Source of the DNA: Flavobacteriales bacterium
Lineage (GTDB): Bacteria; Bacteroidota; Bacteroidia; UBA10329
Direction of reading: 5' to 3'
Length of the DNA stretch: 41,118 nt
Assembly (NCBI GenBank): GCA_041687875.1
Contig: JBDNJH010000138.1
Coordinates: 1 to 41,118, forward strand
Shown: positions 10,991 to 21,219 of the stretch, piece by piece
Layout: each line of letters begins with the position of its first letter
Numbering within the stretch: the stretch's first letter is position 1
Position numbers and translations under genes: made by a program
Notes under the pieces: generated by a model
Database searches by the model: none
The model's input: only the letters and a program-made list of their open reading frames with translations
What the model was told of the DNA's origin: nothing

Positions 10991-11092
10991 GTTGTTAGGT
11001 CTATTTGAGAGTATTTAACTTAGGCACGGAATCATATGGATCAACAGCGTTCTGTCGGTGACCGTGAATTACAGTCAAAACGCGAACTTCCA

Positions 11093-12040
11093 TTATTGTT
11101 TGTGAGCCAATGATTTTTTGGTCTCTCCGTAGCTTTGGTACACTGAGGAAATACCTTTTTCCAGTTCGATACTGTACTGCCAACCCATTTCACGCAATTT
11201 AGAAACGTCCATCAATTTCCGTGGAGAGCCATCCGGTTTAGAAGAATCGAAGACCAGTTCACCCTTGAAACCAACAATCTTTTTAATCAGTTCGGCTAAT
11301 TCAAGAATTGAAACATCTTTACCTGATCCAATGTTGACATGTTCAGATTCTTGGTAGTTGTCCATAAGGAATAGGCACCCTTCAGCCAAATCGTCAACGT
11401 GAAGAAATTCCCGTTTAGGAGTGCCAGAGCCCCATATCTCCACACTTTTCTGACCCTGTAATTTCGCTTCGTGAAACTTACGGATAAGAGCTGGCAACAC
11501 ATGCGAATTCTGGAGGTCATAATTGTCATTCGGACCGTAAAGGTTCGTGGGCATGGCCGAAATGAAATTGCAACCATACTGGTGGCTGTACTCCTGACAG
11601 AGTTTGATACCAGTGATTTTTGCTATTGCATAAGGTTCATTCGTTGGCTCTAAAGAACCAGTCAATAAGGATGATTCCTTAATAGGTTGTTCTGCAAACT
11701 TCGGGTAAATACAGGAAGACCCCAAAAATAATAGCTTCGTTACGTTGTGCAGGTAAGCGGCATGAATGACATTGGCCGCAATCATCAGATTGTCGTAAAG
11801 GAACTCTGCCCGATAAGTGTTATTAGCCTGAATACCACCAACTTTGGCCGCTGCTAGGTAAACGTATTTGGGTTTTTCCTTTTCGAAGAATTCCTGTACA
11901 GCAGCCTGATTTCTAAGGTCCAACTGCTTCGAGGTTCTGGTAATGAGGTTCCTATACCCACGGTTTTCAAGGGCTCTAACAATAGCCGAACCGACCATGC
12001 CACGGTGTCCCGCAACATAAACTTTTGCATTCTTGTCCAT
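11093..12040 (-). CDS. fcl: GDP-L-fucose synthase
   Basis: [42 protein letters not shown] and [15 protein letters not shown]. Confidence 0.96.
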   Translation of the reverse strand: MDKNAKVYVAGHRGMVGSAIVRALENRGYRNLITRTSKQLDLRNQAAVQEFFEKEKPKYVYLAAAKVGGIQANNTYRAEFLYDNLMIAANVIHAAYLHNVTKLLFLGSSCIYPKFAEQPIKESSLLTGSLEPTNEPYAIAKITGIKLCQEYSHQYGCNFISAMPTNLYGPNDNYDLQNSHVLPALIRKFHEAKLQGQKSVEIWGSGTPKREFLHVDDLAEGCLFLMDNYQESEHVNIGSGKDVSILELAELIKKIVGFKGELVFDSSKPDGSPRKLMDVSKLREMGWQYSIELEKGISSVYQSYGETKKSLAHKQ

Positions 12041-12095
12041 TAAGAAAGGCTATCTGAGTAGTGGGATACGAGTGCATACATATATAGAGAGAATC

Positions 12096-13214
12096 TCATT
12101 CATGGTATTGAAAGATTTTGTGTCCTGATTCTTTAAGAAGGCGGTCGCGTTTAAACAATTCCAGCTCCGAACGCATCATATCTTCCACTAGAGCTTGCAA
12201 ATCATACTTTGGTTTCCACCCAAGTTTTTCATTTGATTTGGTTGGGTCTCCAAGTAAAAGGTCTACCTCAGTTGGCCTGAAGTATTTAGGGTCTACTTTT
12301 ACTACTGTTTGTCCTATTGGTAACTGATACTCTTTCAGTTCACATTTGGCAACTTTGGCTATTTCATTGTCTCCATTTCCTTCGAAAGTTAAACTGATGC
12401 CTACCTGATTAAAAGCTAATCTGACAAATTCCCGAATGCTTGTAGTCACACCAGTGGCAATTACAAAATCTTCAGGTTTTTCCTGCTGAAGAATGAGATA
12501 CATAGCTTCCACATAATCTTTAGCATGGCCCCAATCTCGTTGGGAATTCAAATTGCCCAGATAGACGCAATCCTGAAGACCTAGCGCAATTCTTGAAGCG
12601 GCCCGCGTAATCTTACGTGTAACAAATGTTTCCCCCCTCAAAGGAGATTCATGATTGAAAAGGATGCCGTTGCAGGCAAACATATTATATGCTTCTCTAT
12701 AATTTACTGTAATCCAGTAGGCATACATTTTTGCAACTGCATAAGGGGACCTTGGGTAGAATGGAGTCGTTTCTTTTTGAGGTGTTTCCTGTACCAACCC
12801 GTATAGTTCTGAAGTAGACGCTTGATAAATTCTGGTTTTCTCAGCAAGGCCCAGAATTCTAACAGCTTCCAACAACCTTAAGGTCCCGATACCATCCACG
12901 TTCGCAACGTATTCCGGAGTATCAAAACTCACCTTAACGTGCGACATGGCTCCGAGGTTGTAAATCTCATCCGGCTGTACTTTTTGAATGATGGACGTGA
13001 GATTGAGCGAATCGGTAAGGTCGCCATAATGAAGATGGAAGTGTACATTTTCCTGATGCGGATCCTGATATAGATGATCTATTCGATCCGTGTTGAATAA
13101 CGATGACCGCCTCTTTATACCATGCACTTCGTAACCCTTCTTCAAAAGTAGTTCTGAGAGATAAGCTCCGTCTTGTCCGGTGACCCCAGTGATTAATGCC
13201 TTTTTTCTTGTCAT
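12096..13214 (-). CDS. gmd: GDP-mannose 4,6-dehydratase
   Basis: [52 protein letters not shown] and RDWGHAKDY. Confidence 0.97.
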   Translation of the reverse strand: MTRKKALITGVTGQDGAYLSELLLKKGYEVHGIKRRSSLFNTDRIDHLYQDPHQENVHFHLHYGDLTDSLNLTSIIQKVQPDEIYNLGAMSHVKVSFDTPEYVANVDGIGTLRLLEAVRILGLAEKTRIYQASTSELYGLVQETPQKETTPFYPRSPYAVAKMYAYWITVNYREAYNMFACNGILFNHESPLRGETFVTRKITRAASRIALGLQDCVYLGNLNSQRDWGHAKDYVEAMYLILQQEKPEDFVIATGVTTSIREFVRLAFNQVGISLTFEGNGDNEIAKVAKCELKEYQLPIGQTVVKVDPKYFRPTEVDLLLGDPTKSNEKLGWKPKYDLQALVEDMMRSELELFKRDRLLKESGHKIFQYHE

Positions 13215-13217
13215 GAG

Positions 13218-13940
13218 TTAATTACGTTTGGAAAATGCTTCTTTCAACATCAACCATAAGAAATACGTATTAGTCGTCAAATATCGTTTAAATAGTCGTT
13301 TGGGCTCCAAACTGAATCGATAGAACCATTCCAAACCAACTTTTCTCATCCATTCAGGAGCACGTTTGTCAATTCTGGCAAACAGAAGGAAGGCTCCGCC
13401 AACTCCGAACATGGGAGAGTTGATTCGATTGTTCATCCTGTTCATCCATAGTTCCTGTTTAGGACAACCCAATCCCACAAGAACCATGTCAGGGTCGAAT
13501 TCGTTTATTAACTTGGCCTGATGGTCAAAGTCGAATTCATCAATCGGGAGAAACGGGGGGGAATAGGTTTTGTGGATGATATTCCGTGTGAGAAGTTCCG
13601 AAGAAATCGTTTTTAGAACCTCTTCTGTAGAACCGATCAAAAAGACCTTCAATGATTCCTGGCCCGCCCTGTTCACCAAGGAGAACATTACATCGTTCCC
13701 TGCAATACGTTCCTGTTCTGCCCCATGAAATAACTTTAGTGAAAAGACCACAGGCATACCGTCTGGAACAACATAACTGGCCTTAGAAAGAACATTTTTA
13801 AAATTCGGGTTGAGGTGATGTTCGCAGACCATGTGTACGTTTACAAAACATGAATATCCAGATTGAGCCAAGCTTAGGTCAATGAATTCTGAATAAGGTA
13901 AGATTGAGAAGGGTATGTTGAATATAGATTGTGTATTCAT
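13218..13940 (-). CDS. WecB/TagA/CpsF family glycosyltransferase (GT26)
   Basis: VPDGMPV, ERIAGND, VGLGCPKQE and RAPEWMRKVGLEWFYRFSLEPKRLFKRY. Confidence 0.92.
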   Translation of the reverse strand: MNTQSIFNIPFSILPYSEFIDLSLAQSGYSCFVNVHMVCEHHLNPNFKNVLSKASYVVPDGMPVVFSLKLFHGAEQERIAGNDVMFSLVNRAGQESLKVFLIGSTEEVLKTISSELLTRNIIHKTYSPPFLPIDEFDFDHQAKLINEFDPDMVLVGLGCPKQELWMNRMNNRINSPMFGVGGAFLLFARIDKRAPEWMRKVGLEWFYRFSLEPKRLFKRYLTTNTYFLWLMLKEAFSKRN

Positions 13941-14731
13941 TCTTTCACTTCAAACAGGGAGGCATATTCGATTTTTTCAAAAACATCACACTTCCCATCA
14001 ATGGTAGCATCTAGAATTCGTCTTCCGTCTGCTTCAAACATTGACCGTGCTTTTGCATAAGCTAATTCGGAACGATACAGGTCCGGTAGTTGCCATTTAA
14101 TGCCTTTGGGAAAGTATTCTGGATGAAAGTGGTTCGTGTCTGTACCCGTTCTGATTTCTGTTTTATTTGGTGTTCCCTTATCGGCAAAACTATGATCTAA
14201 TCCCACAATGATAACCTCATCAAATCCCATATGGTAAGCCAACTGAAGGGAAGCGTAGGTCACGGTTCCTCCAGAATACACCCCCTTCGACAGATCGCAA
14301 GAAAAACCATCTTCCAGAGCATTCTGAACATAAAAGTATCGCTGGCTTTGATTTTTGAACAGACTTCTTTTGGTCCAGTTTACAAAAGTTTCACTTTTAA
14401 GCGCATCAAGATCTTCGTGGAACTCGTCAATTACCAGTTCGTTTATTACAGTGCAATACGTGGTGCTGAAGTTTTCATTGAAAAGCAGGTAAATTCTATT
14501 CATGCCTACCGTAATCTCATCCTTGATTAATGTTAGGTCGATTTTCTTAAGACTTGGTCCGTTTGCTATCAGAAAGCACCTTTCACCCTTATGACGATTC
14601 TTAATTTCGGCTAATCGTTCATGCTGATTCTTTGCCATTTGCCATGTAAGCCAATGGGGAATGTTGGATATTCGCCTTTTGAGTCCGTCCGCTATTCTTC
14701 CTATTGTTATTTCACTGATTCTTATTCTCAT
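13937..14731 (-). CDS. DUF115/Maf-like protein, putative CMP-ulosonate transferase (sialyltransferase-like fold)
   Basis: KNRHKGERCFLIANGPSL, TVTYASLQLAYHMGFDEVIIVGLDHSF and NHFHPEYF motifs; clustered with a CMP-sugar synthetase. Confidence 0.75.
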   Translation of the reverse strand: MRIRISEITIGRIADGLKRRISNIPHWLTWQMAKNQHERLAEIKNRHKGERCFLIANGPSLKKIDLTLIKDEITVGMNRIYLLFNENFSTTYCTVINELVIDEFHEDLDALKSETFVNWTKRSLFKNQSQRYFYVQNALEDGFSCDLSKGVYSGGTVTYASLQLAYHMGFDEVIIVGLDHSFADKGTPNKTEIRTGTDTNHFHPEYFPKGIKWQLPDLYRSELAYAKARSMFEADGRRILDATIDGKCDVFEKIEYASLFEVKE

Positions 14732-14739
14732 TCAAGTTG

Positions 14740-15867
14740 TTATGTATTGCTGATTGATAATTTTTCGCGAATTGGGGTCGTAATTAGGACGATTACCACA
14801 ATGAGAACCACGGTAGCCAAGTTATAGCCATAAACAATTGACTCTGTTGATCCTAGCATCAGAATCCAAGACAACAATACCCAAAACTGTTTTTCACTAT
14901 TTCGATACGAACGTAAAACTAGAAGCCAAAATATAAGAAGCCCGAGAATTCCTACCTGGAAAAACAGCTCGAAAACTAAGTTGTGCATATGGGTGAGAAC
15001 GTTGGTAATACCCAATCGGTTGCTATCACCATAGCCCCACAGCCACTCTAAATCAACATTGTTTTTCAAAAAATCAAGTGCGTTCAGCCATACTGTTTTT
15101 CTGCCCGTTGCGGATTCATATTGTTAAATATTGTTTCTTGGCACAACGCTTTGGACAATGTCCAGTGAAAAAATACGGACCAAAAGTTGACTGATGGTTT
15201 CCCAGAAAAACGGGATACTCCAGAAAAACAGACCAAGCCAACGGATGGCTCGATATCTTATTTTCTGGCTTAGAAAAGCACTTGCCAAGAGCACGATAAC
15301 CGCGTTGAAATACGGTCCTCTTCTACCAAAAGTAAAAAACACAAACAATGTGAGGGCGAGCACAATAAGAAACGTTTTCTTATCCTTATGTAACAAACTG
15401 ACAATCAGTGTTAACGTTCCGAATAAATGGATATCCAAGGTTGAGTTAAAGAACAGAACGTTCTTAATGTTGTAATTAGTGCCAAGACCTAACGAAAAAT
15501 CAGGTGATAGGATGGCCGGGATTATGAATCCTATAATATAAATGACAAGGAAGTACTGGGGAAGCTTGGTCGATTTGATGGAAATTCCAGAAGCCTTTAA
15601 GTTGATCGGAATCAGCAACAAAAATAACCCGGAGGCCAGACCGGATATTGGATCATATCTACGCATAAAGAAGAAAATGCTGTACCATGCGAGAAACGCC
15701 AGAAGTAATTTATCATGAGCTCCGAATGATAAGCGTTTTTTTTTAACATGCACATGATACACAAAGTAGACGATTTGGAACAATACGCTGATTACTCTGA
15801 AGTAGGGTGAGATGTCATCAAGTTCGTATGACATCAACAGAATTAAAAAAGTGAGAATGAGGTACAA
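14740..15867 (-). pseudogene. Wzy polymerase / O-antigen ligase-like membrane protein interrupted by an in-frame TAA at 15124-15126
   Basis: ORFs 15124-15867 and 14740-15069 share a frame. Reading through gives PRNNI*QYESATGRKTVWLNALDFLKN...WGYG...THMHN, the typical Wzy_C/ligase loop, in a multi-TM protein. Confidence 0.75.
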
Positions 15868-15870
15868 AAG

Positions 15871-16824
15871 CTACATTCTTTTCAACAATTTTTTAATCCT
15901 CAATCCAATTGGGTTTTTAGACTGAATAAAGGTCTTCATGTAGAGTGGATACAACCCGTATCTTTTTTTCCAAGCTGTTGCAAGGCGATCTAGTTCTTCA
16001 GTTTCAGTAAGTTTTCCTGAATTTACCTCAGCAATGACCCGCAGAGTATCGTTTGTTATAGTCTTAATGACTGAGGTGACAGCTGGATTGAAATCGTCCT
16101 TTGGCCCCTTAATGTTTCCTTCCTGAACATGTCCAGGAGACTCTTTTTTCATAAATGAAAAGTCCGAATGTTCAATGATTTTATTGATTTGACCTAGATT
16201 AAGTTCAAAACCTAGGAACTTCTGTAGTTCCTTTACGTGGTTCGATTTATTGGAGACGAGGTCTTCATAACTAACTAACATCACTCGGTCTTTTCCATAA
16301 GACTGTTGAAGTTTGAGGTAGCTGGTTACATTGTAGCACCATGAAATACTGAGGCCGACAGAACGGTTTCGGTAGAATTCAGCTACATCCTTTTCTTTAT
16401 CATGTGAAAAATATCGTTGCCGATATTCGGTGAAATGAAATCTCGCCATTGAATAGGCCACATCTACTGGATTCCGATAAATGTAGATGATTTTTGCTTT
16501 TGGAAATGTGACTAATAGCTTTTCCAAAGACCTGTTGGCGTCACTGTGAGTCCATAACAAATCATTTTCACTGAAATCTGTGAAACTCAGATTCGTAAAA
16601 TACCTTCTAGACAATGTAAGATGAATGTTTTCATTCTCGAATAAGATGGTATTCACCTTATCGTGACCTGAGAACGAACCTTGCCAGCCGTTCAGAACAT
16701 CATCCGAAAAAAATAACTGGTTTAAATTACGAGGCCCTGAATTGTACTGCTCCTGAAAGGATATTTGTAGAATCCGATTTAATAATGAGTTGCCACTTTT
16801 CGGAAATCCAGCTTGAAGAATCAT
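15871..16824 (-). CDS. PAPS-dependent sulfotransferase
   Basis: 5'-PSB loop AGFPKSGNSLL, 3'-PB motif YIYRNPVDVAYS, and VSYEDL. Confidence 0.9.
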   Translation of the reverse strand: MILQAGFPKSGNSLLNRILQISFQEQYNSGPRNLNQLFFSDDVLNGWQGSFSGHDKVNTILFENENIHLTLSRRYFTNLSFTDFSENDLLWTHSDANRSLEKLLVTFPKAKIIYIYRNPVDVAYSMARFHFTEYRQRYFSHDKEKDVAEFYRNRSVGLSISWCYNVTSYLKLQQSYGKDRVMLVSYEDLVSNKSNHVKELQKFLGFELNLGQINKIIEHSDFSFMKKESPGHVQEGNIKGPKDDFNPAVTSVIKTITNDTLRVIAEVNSGKLTETEELDRLATAWKKRYGLYPLYMKTFIQSKNPIGLRIKKLLKRM

Positions 16825-18031
16825 TGATAATGCGATAGTTTAATAACCCTAGACAAACGATACAGATTATAAGGAGTCTATGTACACGGTGCTTAGCGCG
16901 CCAAAAGTAATATAAACATGGAATCAGATTCCAAGCAACCAAAGATACGCCCCATTGTATGCTAAGTGGGTATTTTCCCATGGTTATGAACATGACAGCT
17001 AACGAAGCGGCCATCCCCACAACCGACAGGAGCGCAGCGATACGAATCTTGTTCACATATACTAAACGTGCATACAATACTTGCCCGATAAATATCAAAG
17101 AGTAAATTGGCATAAATGACATAAAGGACGACAACATGAACTCGTAGTTGGATGGGTAGAATAAATATAAGACGATAGGAGCTGCCAATGTTAAGCCAAG
17201 CAGCATCAATTGGGCAGGAACAACAAGACTCGTAAAAACCCATTTCAAATAAACAGAATCAGATGAAGTTCGAATAAAATTTGCCGAATACAGGTTTGCT
17301 GAAGCGATATACATGCCAGTTATCGTAAGTAGCGTAAATGAAACGGAAGAACCAAGAATTTCCAAATCACTATATTCAAAAGGAGCCAGATAAACGACCA
17401 ACCAGTTAATCAACATCATGCTGGCACCCGGTATTAGCGTGAGGATGGAAACCTTTGTTGACCCATAAAATTCTTTCAAGTTGAATACGGGTTTCGGTCC
17501 CTTCAACACCCATATTGCAACAGGAAATGCGAAAGACAGACCCAAAAAGATGGAAAACAAGTGCACATTTCGAATAAATAGCAGGGCAACGCAGACCAAG
17601 ATTCCTTTAAGACCCTCCTCCAAGAAAGCAGATCTTAAATTGTTTCCGTTACGCACATCTATGTATGAGTAGATTCTCGTGACAGGAGAAACAGCGATTA
17701 TTAGAATCAAAGAAACGAGTAACGGCTTCGATATTGTAGAGAACCCTCTAGGTATTTCGAGGGCAAAGGCTACAATTGCGAAAAACAGTCCTAAGAGTAA
17801 GCTTTTTCCAATGTAAAGTCCCTGCTTACTTGTATCACCCATTAAGACGGAATTATGTGACCCTCCGGTTCCTATCACGTACACCACTTTTTGAAAGTTG
17901 ACCAATGTTATAAACAGCGTGAAATCTACTGGAGACAAGTATTTTCCAGCTAGAATAACCTGAAGCGCAAGAACGAGTCTGCCGGAATATTTAAATGCGT
18001 ACGGTAATAATCTTAAAACGCGGCTTTTCAA
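16727..18031 (-). CDS. Putative Wzx flippase
   Basis: 434-aa polytopic membrane protein with ILAGKYLSPVDF, resembling the Wzx 'ARxLxPxxFG' N-terminus; located in the polysaccharide cluster; TTG start. Confidence 0.65.
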   Translation of the reverse strand: MKSRVLRLLPYAFKYSGRLVLALQVILAGKYLSPVDFTLFITLVNFQKVVYVIGTGGSHNSVLMGDTSKQGLYIGKSLLLGLFFAIVAFALEIPRGFSTISKPLLVSLILIIAVSPVTRIYSYIDVRNGNNLRSAFLEEGLKGILVCVALLFIRNVHLFSIFLGLSFAFPVAIWVLKGPKPVFNLKEFYGSTKVSILTLIPGASMMLINWLVVYLAPFEYSDLEILGSSVSFTLLTITGMYIASANLYSANFIRTSSDSVYLKWVFTSLVVPAQLMLLGLTLAAPIVLYLFYPSNYEFMLSSFMSFMPIYSLIFIGQVLYARLVYVNKIRIAALLSVVGMAASLAVMFITMGKYPLSIQWGVSLVAWNLIPCLYYFWRAKHRVHRLLIICIVCLGLLNYRIINDSSSWISEKWQLIIKSDSTNILSGAVQFRAS

Positions 18032-18078
18032 GTTGGGAGTTTTGATTTTAGCAATGTTTTAACCGTGAAGAATTAACT

Positions 18079-18816
18079 CTAATTAGGATCATATAAGCGT
18101 TTACTGATACCCCCATCAACTTCTATGTTTGTTCCTGTCAAGAATCGGCATTTATCTGAAGAGAGGAACAGGCAGAGTTCCGCAATTTCTTCGGGCTGAC
18201 CAATACGATTAATGGGATGGTAACTTTCGAGTAGTTTATAGCCAGCTTCGTCATCTTTGAAACCAGCTTTCAGCATTTCTGTTTCCACAGCGGCAGGGCT
18301 AATGCAATTGATGCGTACCCGGTCGCGGAGGTCAATGGCCAAGGCTTGAGTTAGACCGACAAGTCCAGCTTTGCTCGTAGCGTAGGCAACGAATCTAGGC
18401 TTGGTTTGGGTGGCGTGTATGCTGCCAATGTTGATAATGCAGCCTTTTTCTTTCTCCAACATGGGGACGAAAAATTTAGACAGGACAAAGGGAGCACTTA
18501 GGTTCACATTCAGTGTTTTTTGCCAAGCTTTGTGCGTCAATTCGTCAACTGGTGCAAGGATTTGAGTTGCGGAATTGTTTATCAGTACGTCTAAACGACC
18601 AATCTCTTGGACATAAGTTTCCGACCACGACTTAAAATAATCTGCATCCTCAACTAGTCTGTTCAGGTCAATTGCGTAGTTCTTGTCTACATAATTTGCA
18701 TCCGGTTCAGATCTGCTCATACCCACAACAAAATAGCCATTATCATGATAGATTTTGGCTATTGAGCTTCCAATTCCACCTGAAGCTCCTGTGATGAGAA
18801 CGACTTTTTTCGTCAT
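18079..18816 (-). CDS. Classical SDR family NAD(P)-dependent oxidoreductase
   Basis: TGASGGIG, LDVLINNS, catalytic YATSK, and RINCISP. Confidence 0.92.
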   Translation of the reverse strand: MTKKVVLITGASGGIGSSIAKIYHDNGYFVVGMSRSEPDANYVDKNYAIDLNRLVEDADYFKSWSETYVQEIGRLDVLINNSATQILAPVDELTHKAWQKTLNVNLSAPFVLSKFFVPMLEKEKGCIINIGSIHATQTKPRFVAYATSKAGLVGLTQALAIDLRDRVRINCISPAAVETEMLKAGFKDDEAGYKLLESYHPINRIGQPEEIAELCLFLSSDKCRFLTGTNIEVDGGISKRLYDPN

Positions 18817-18819
18817 GCT

Positions 18820-19755
18820 TTAAACGTTGAGAAATCCAAAAAGAAGCGAAATGGCTTTATGACTGGCTCGAATTACAGCGTCTTTCGTGTTCGACCCGTT
18901 GTGAGTTCCGAAGATGGCTTTATCGTAACTTCTAAGTTTAGATTCTGTTGGTAGCGGTTCAACCTCAAACACATCCAAACCAACCGAGTGAACCTTTCCA
19001 CTTTCAATTCCAGCTATCAAGGCATTTTCATCGATGATTGGCCCTCTTGACACATTCACCACCCGAACGCCATGCTTCATAAGGGAAATGGTTTCTGCGT
19101 TCACCATGTGTCTTGTGTGTTGGTTGAGCGCACAGGTGGTGACTACAAAATCGCATATCTCAAGTTTATTTGGCCATGGGGCAAAATCATATCGCACCAA
19201 ATCTTCTGGTCGTTTTTCGGCAAATGGATCATAAACGTGAATGAACATATCGAAGGCATGGAGTCGTTTTGCAACCGATTTTCCAATGTCTCCAAAACCC
19301 ACAAGAGCAACATGCTTTCCTGTTAAGGAAATACCTGCAGGTTTAGGCCATTGGTGGTTGCGAACGCCACGATCAATGGCGTAAGTCTCACGGGCCAGAC
19401 CAATCACATTGGAGACCGCAATATCAGCCACTTCAGCACCGAACATATTGGGAGTGTTGATAATCGGAATTCCAAGCTTTTCGCAGGCTTTGAAATCGAC
19501 ATTGTCAACACCAACGCCCCATTTTACAGCAGCCTTGAGGTTTCCTTTTACTCCTGCTTCAAAAACTCGTTCCGTAGCAGGGTCATCTCCAATAATCCAA
19601 CCGTCAACTCCCGGAAGGATTTCCATCAATTGCTCTTCCGAGAGGGTTTGGACAACCTTTGGGGTTATCAATTCGATTCCTTTTTCGGCAAACATTGCTC
19701 GAAATTCATCAATCATCCCGAGCATTGGTGGGCAAGTAACCAGAACTTTCATCAT
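18820..19755 (-). CDS. D-isomer-specific 2-hydroxyacid dehydrogenase (phosphoglycerate dehydrogenase-like, no ACT domain)
   Basis: GVGVDNVD, NTPN, GFGDIG, NVSRGPII, LDVFEVEPL and a catalytic H in GTHNGS. TGATG coupling to the upstream gene. Confidence 0.9.
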   Translation of the reverse strand: MMKVLVTCPPMLGMIDEFRAMFAEKGIELITPKVVQTLSEEQLMEILPGVDGWIIGDDPATERVFEAGVKGNLKAAVKWGVGVDNVDFKACEKLGIPIINTPNMFGAEVADIAVSNVIGLARETYAIDRGVRNHQWPKPAGISLTGKHVALVGFGDIGKSVAKRLHAFDMFIHVYDPFAEKRPEDLVRYDFAPWPNKLEICDFVVTTCALNQHTRHMVNAETISLMKHGVRVVNVSRGPIIDENALIAGIESGKVHSVGLDVFEVEPLPTESKLRSYDKAIFGTHNGSNTKDAVIRASHKAISLLFGFLNV

Positions 19756-20435
19756 CAATTGTTCAATAGTGATTTCTTAACCAATTCGGCCAATTCCCAA
19801 CTTTGCGCATCGTCAATATCGATGGATTCAAAGCGTGGTGTTTCAAACAACATTGGTTTCTTTCCGATACGTGCATTGGTTTGTTCGAATGCCTTTTTTG
19901 AGAACACGTAGAGGCAAGAGTTTTCCTCAAACCAAGGTTCCAAATCCTGCGTTCTGAGAAGCACATTTGGGTCGTGATTCACTGCGCTACCATCTTCTCG
20001 GTAAAAGCGCGTCTGTTGTTTTGTCACTGAGAATAAACTGTCAAAACCTTTAGTCAGCCCTTTCTCATATTCCAACACCGCTTGTCTGAAGGTGTTAGCC
20101 GAGATGTTCGGGTTGGTGGTGTGGGTCATCAGATATGATGTGGCATCCACATTCAGGATGTCATCTTCAATAACGCGGTTCATCGAAACGAAATCACCTT
20201 GAATCTCAATCGGTCGGTCTCGGATAATGATACGGTCTGTTTCAACGAGACCGTTATCTGCAAGAATGTGTCTTGCGTCTGTATTGATGATTACTTTTTC
20301 GATTTCATCCACGGCTAAAAGAGCTTCTAGAACCCACTTGAAAAGTGGTTTTCCTGCAAAGTGTTTGAAATTTTTTCCAACTACGCGCTCACTGTTTGCC
20401 TTCATTGGCAACAACGCAACTGTTTTATACGTCAT
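19755..20435 (-). CDS. Acylneuraminate/ulosonate cytidylyltransferase family protein (NeuA/KdsB-like)
   Basis: PMKANSERVVGKN, GKPL, THTTNP, RTQDL and SIDIDD. Confidence 0.88.
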   Translation of the reverse strand: MTYKTVALLPMKANSERVVGKNFKHFAGKPLFKWVLEALLAVDEIEKVIINTDARHILADNGLVETDRIIIRDRPIEIQGDFVSMNRVIEDDILNVDATSYLMTHTTNPNISANTFRQAVLEYEKGLTKGFDSLFSVTKQQTRFYREDGSAVNHDPNVLLRTQDLEPWFEENSCLYVFSKKAFEQTNARIGKKPMLFETPRFESIDIDDAQSWELAELVKKSLLNN

Positions 20436-21219
20436 TTTTATTGATTGAAATTGTTTGGTCTATCTCCAACCATTTCAGGTTGAAATCATACTGTCGTTTG
20501 TTATAAAGAAGGTTCAATTCTTCTGGATGAGTTGAATTTGGTTCAAAGGTATCCCAATGAGTCGGAATCAGTGTTTTCACCTTCAGTTCTTCAGCCCAGA
20601 GTAAGGCTTCTTTGGGTGACATATTCCCTATGATGCCTTCTCGCTCCCTGAAATAATTTCGTTCGTTTATTGGAAGAAATGCGAAGTCAATCGTTTTTGC
20701 TTCCAACGCTTTGGTGATTTTCTCATGCGGTATCGTATCACCCGCGTGATAAATCACGGTTCCTCCGAAATCAAGGACATAACCTAAGAATTTTGAGTGG
20801 CCATTCGCAGAGAACTCCAGCTCGGTGTGTGCCGAAGGGACGGTTCGAATGGTAATTGATGAATTCCTAGAATCGATTGTGCCTTCATCAGCAATTCCGA
20901 AATTGTGAGTGCCTATTCCATTGGACTCGAGAACTTCTGCGCAGTCGTAACTGCCAAGAATCTTGGCGGATGGATTGATTTTGATGAGTTCAGCTAGGCT
21001 GAGTGGGTCACAATGGTCTTCGTGTGAATGAGTAATCAAAATCAGGTCAATGTTGCTCAACTCATTGAATTCAATTTTCGATGGACTCACTCGTTTTAGG
21101 TGCTCTCCATATTTGTCGGCAACATATTCCGTTAAATATGGGTCAATGAGAATTCTAGTTTGCTGAAACTTAAAAAGAAACCCGGTTTGCCCGAAGGCTG
21201 TAATTTGAAGAGCGCTCAT
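20425..21219 (-). CDS. Metallo-beta-lactamase-fold hydrolase (UlaG-like, possible lactonase)
   Basis: ILIDPYL, THSHEDHCD (HxHxDH), YHAGDT and IPTHWDTF. Confidence 0.85.
   Translation of the reverse strand: MSALQITAFGQTGFLFKFQQTRILIDPYLTEYVADKYGEHLKRVSPSKIEFNELSNIDLILITHSHEDHCDPLSLAELIKINPSAKILGSYDCAEVLESNGIGTHNFGIADEGTIDSRNSSITIRTVPSAHTELEFSANGHSKFLGYVLDFGGTVIYHAGDTIPHEKITKALEAKTIDFAFLPINERNYFREREGIIGNMSPKEALLWAEELKVKTLIPTHWDTFEPNSTHPEELNLLYNKRQYDFNLKWLEIDQTISINKNDV

Noticed and set aside
14740-16824. Alternative genetic code or stop-codon reassignment
   Set aside because: TAA, TAG and TGA all end conserved genes at expected positions (cysN TAA, cysC TAG, cysD TGA). A single nonsense change explains the split.
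18820-19755. Calling this gene serA
   Set aside because: It lacks the regulatory ACT domain and is embedded in a sugar-nucleotide cluster, so its substrate is uncertain.
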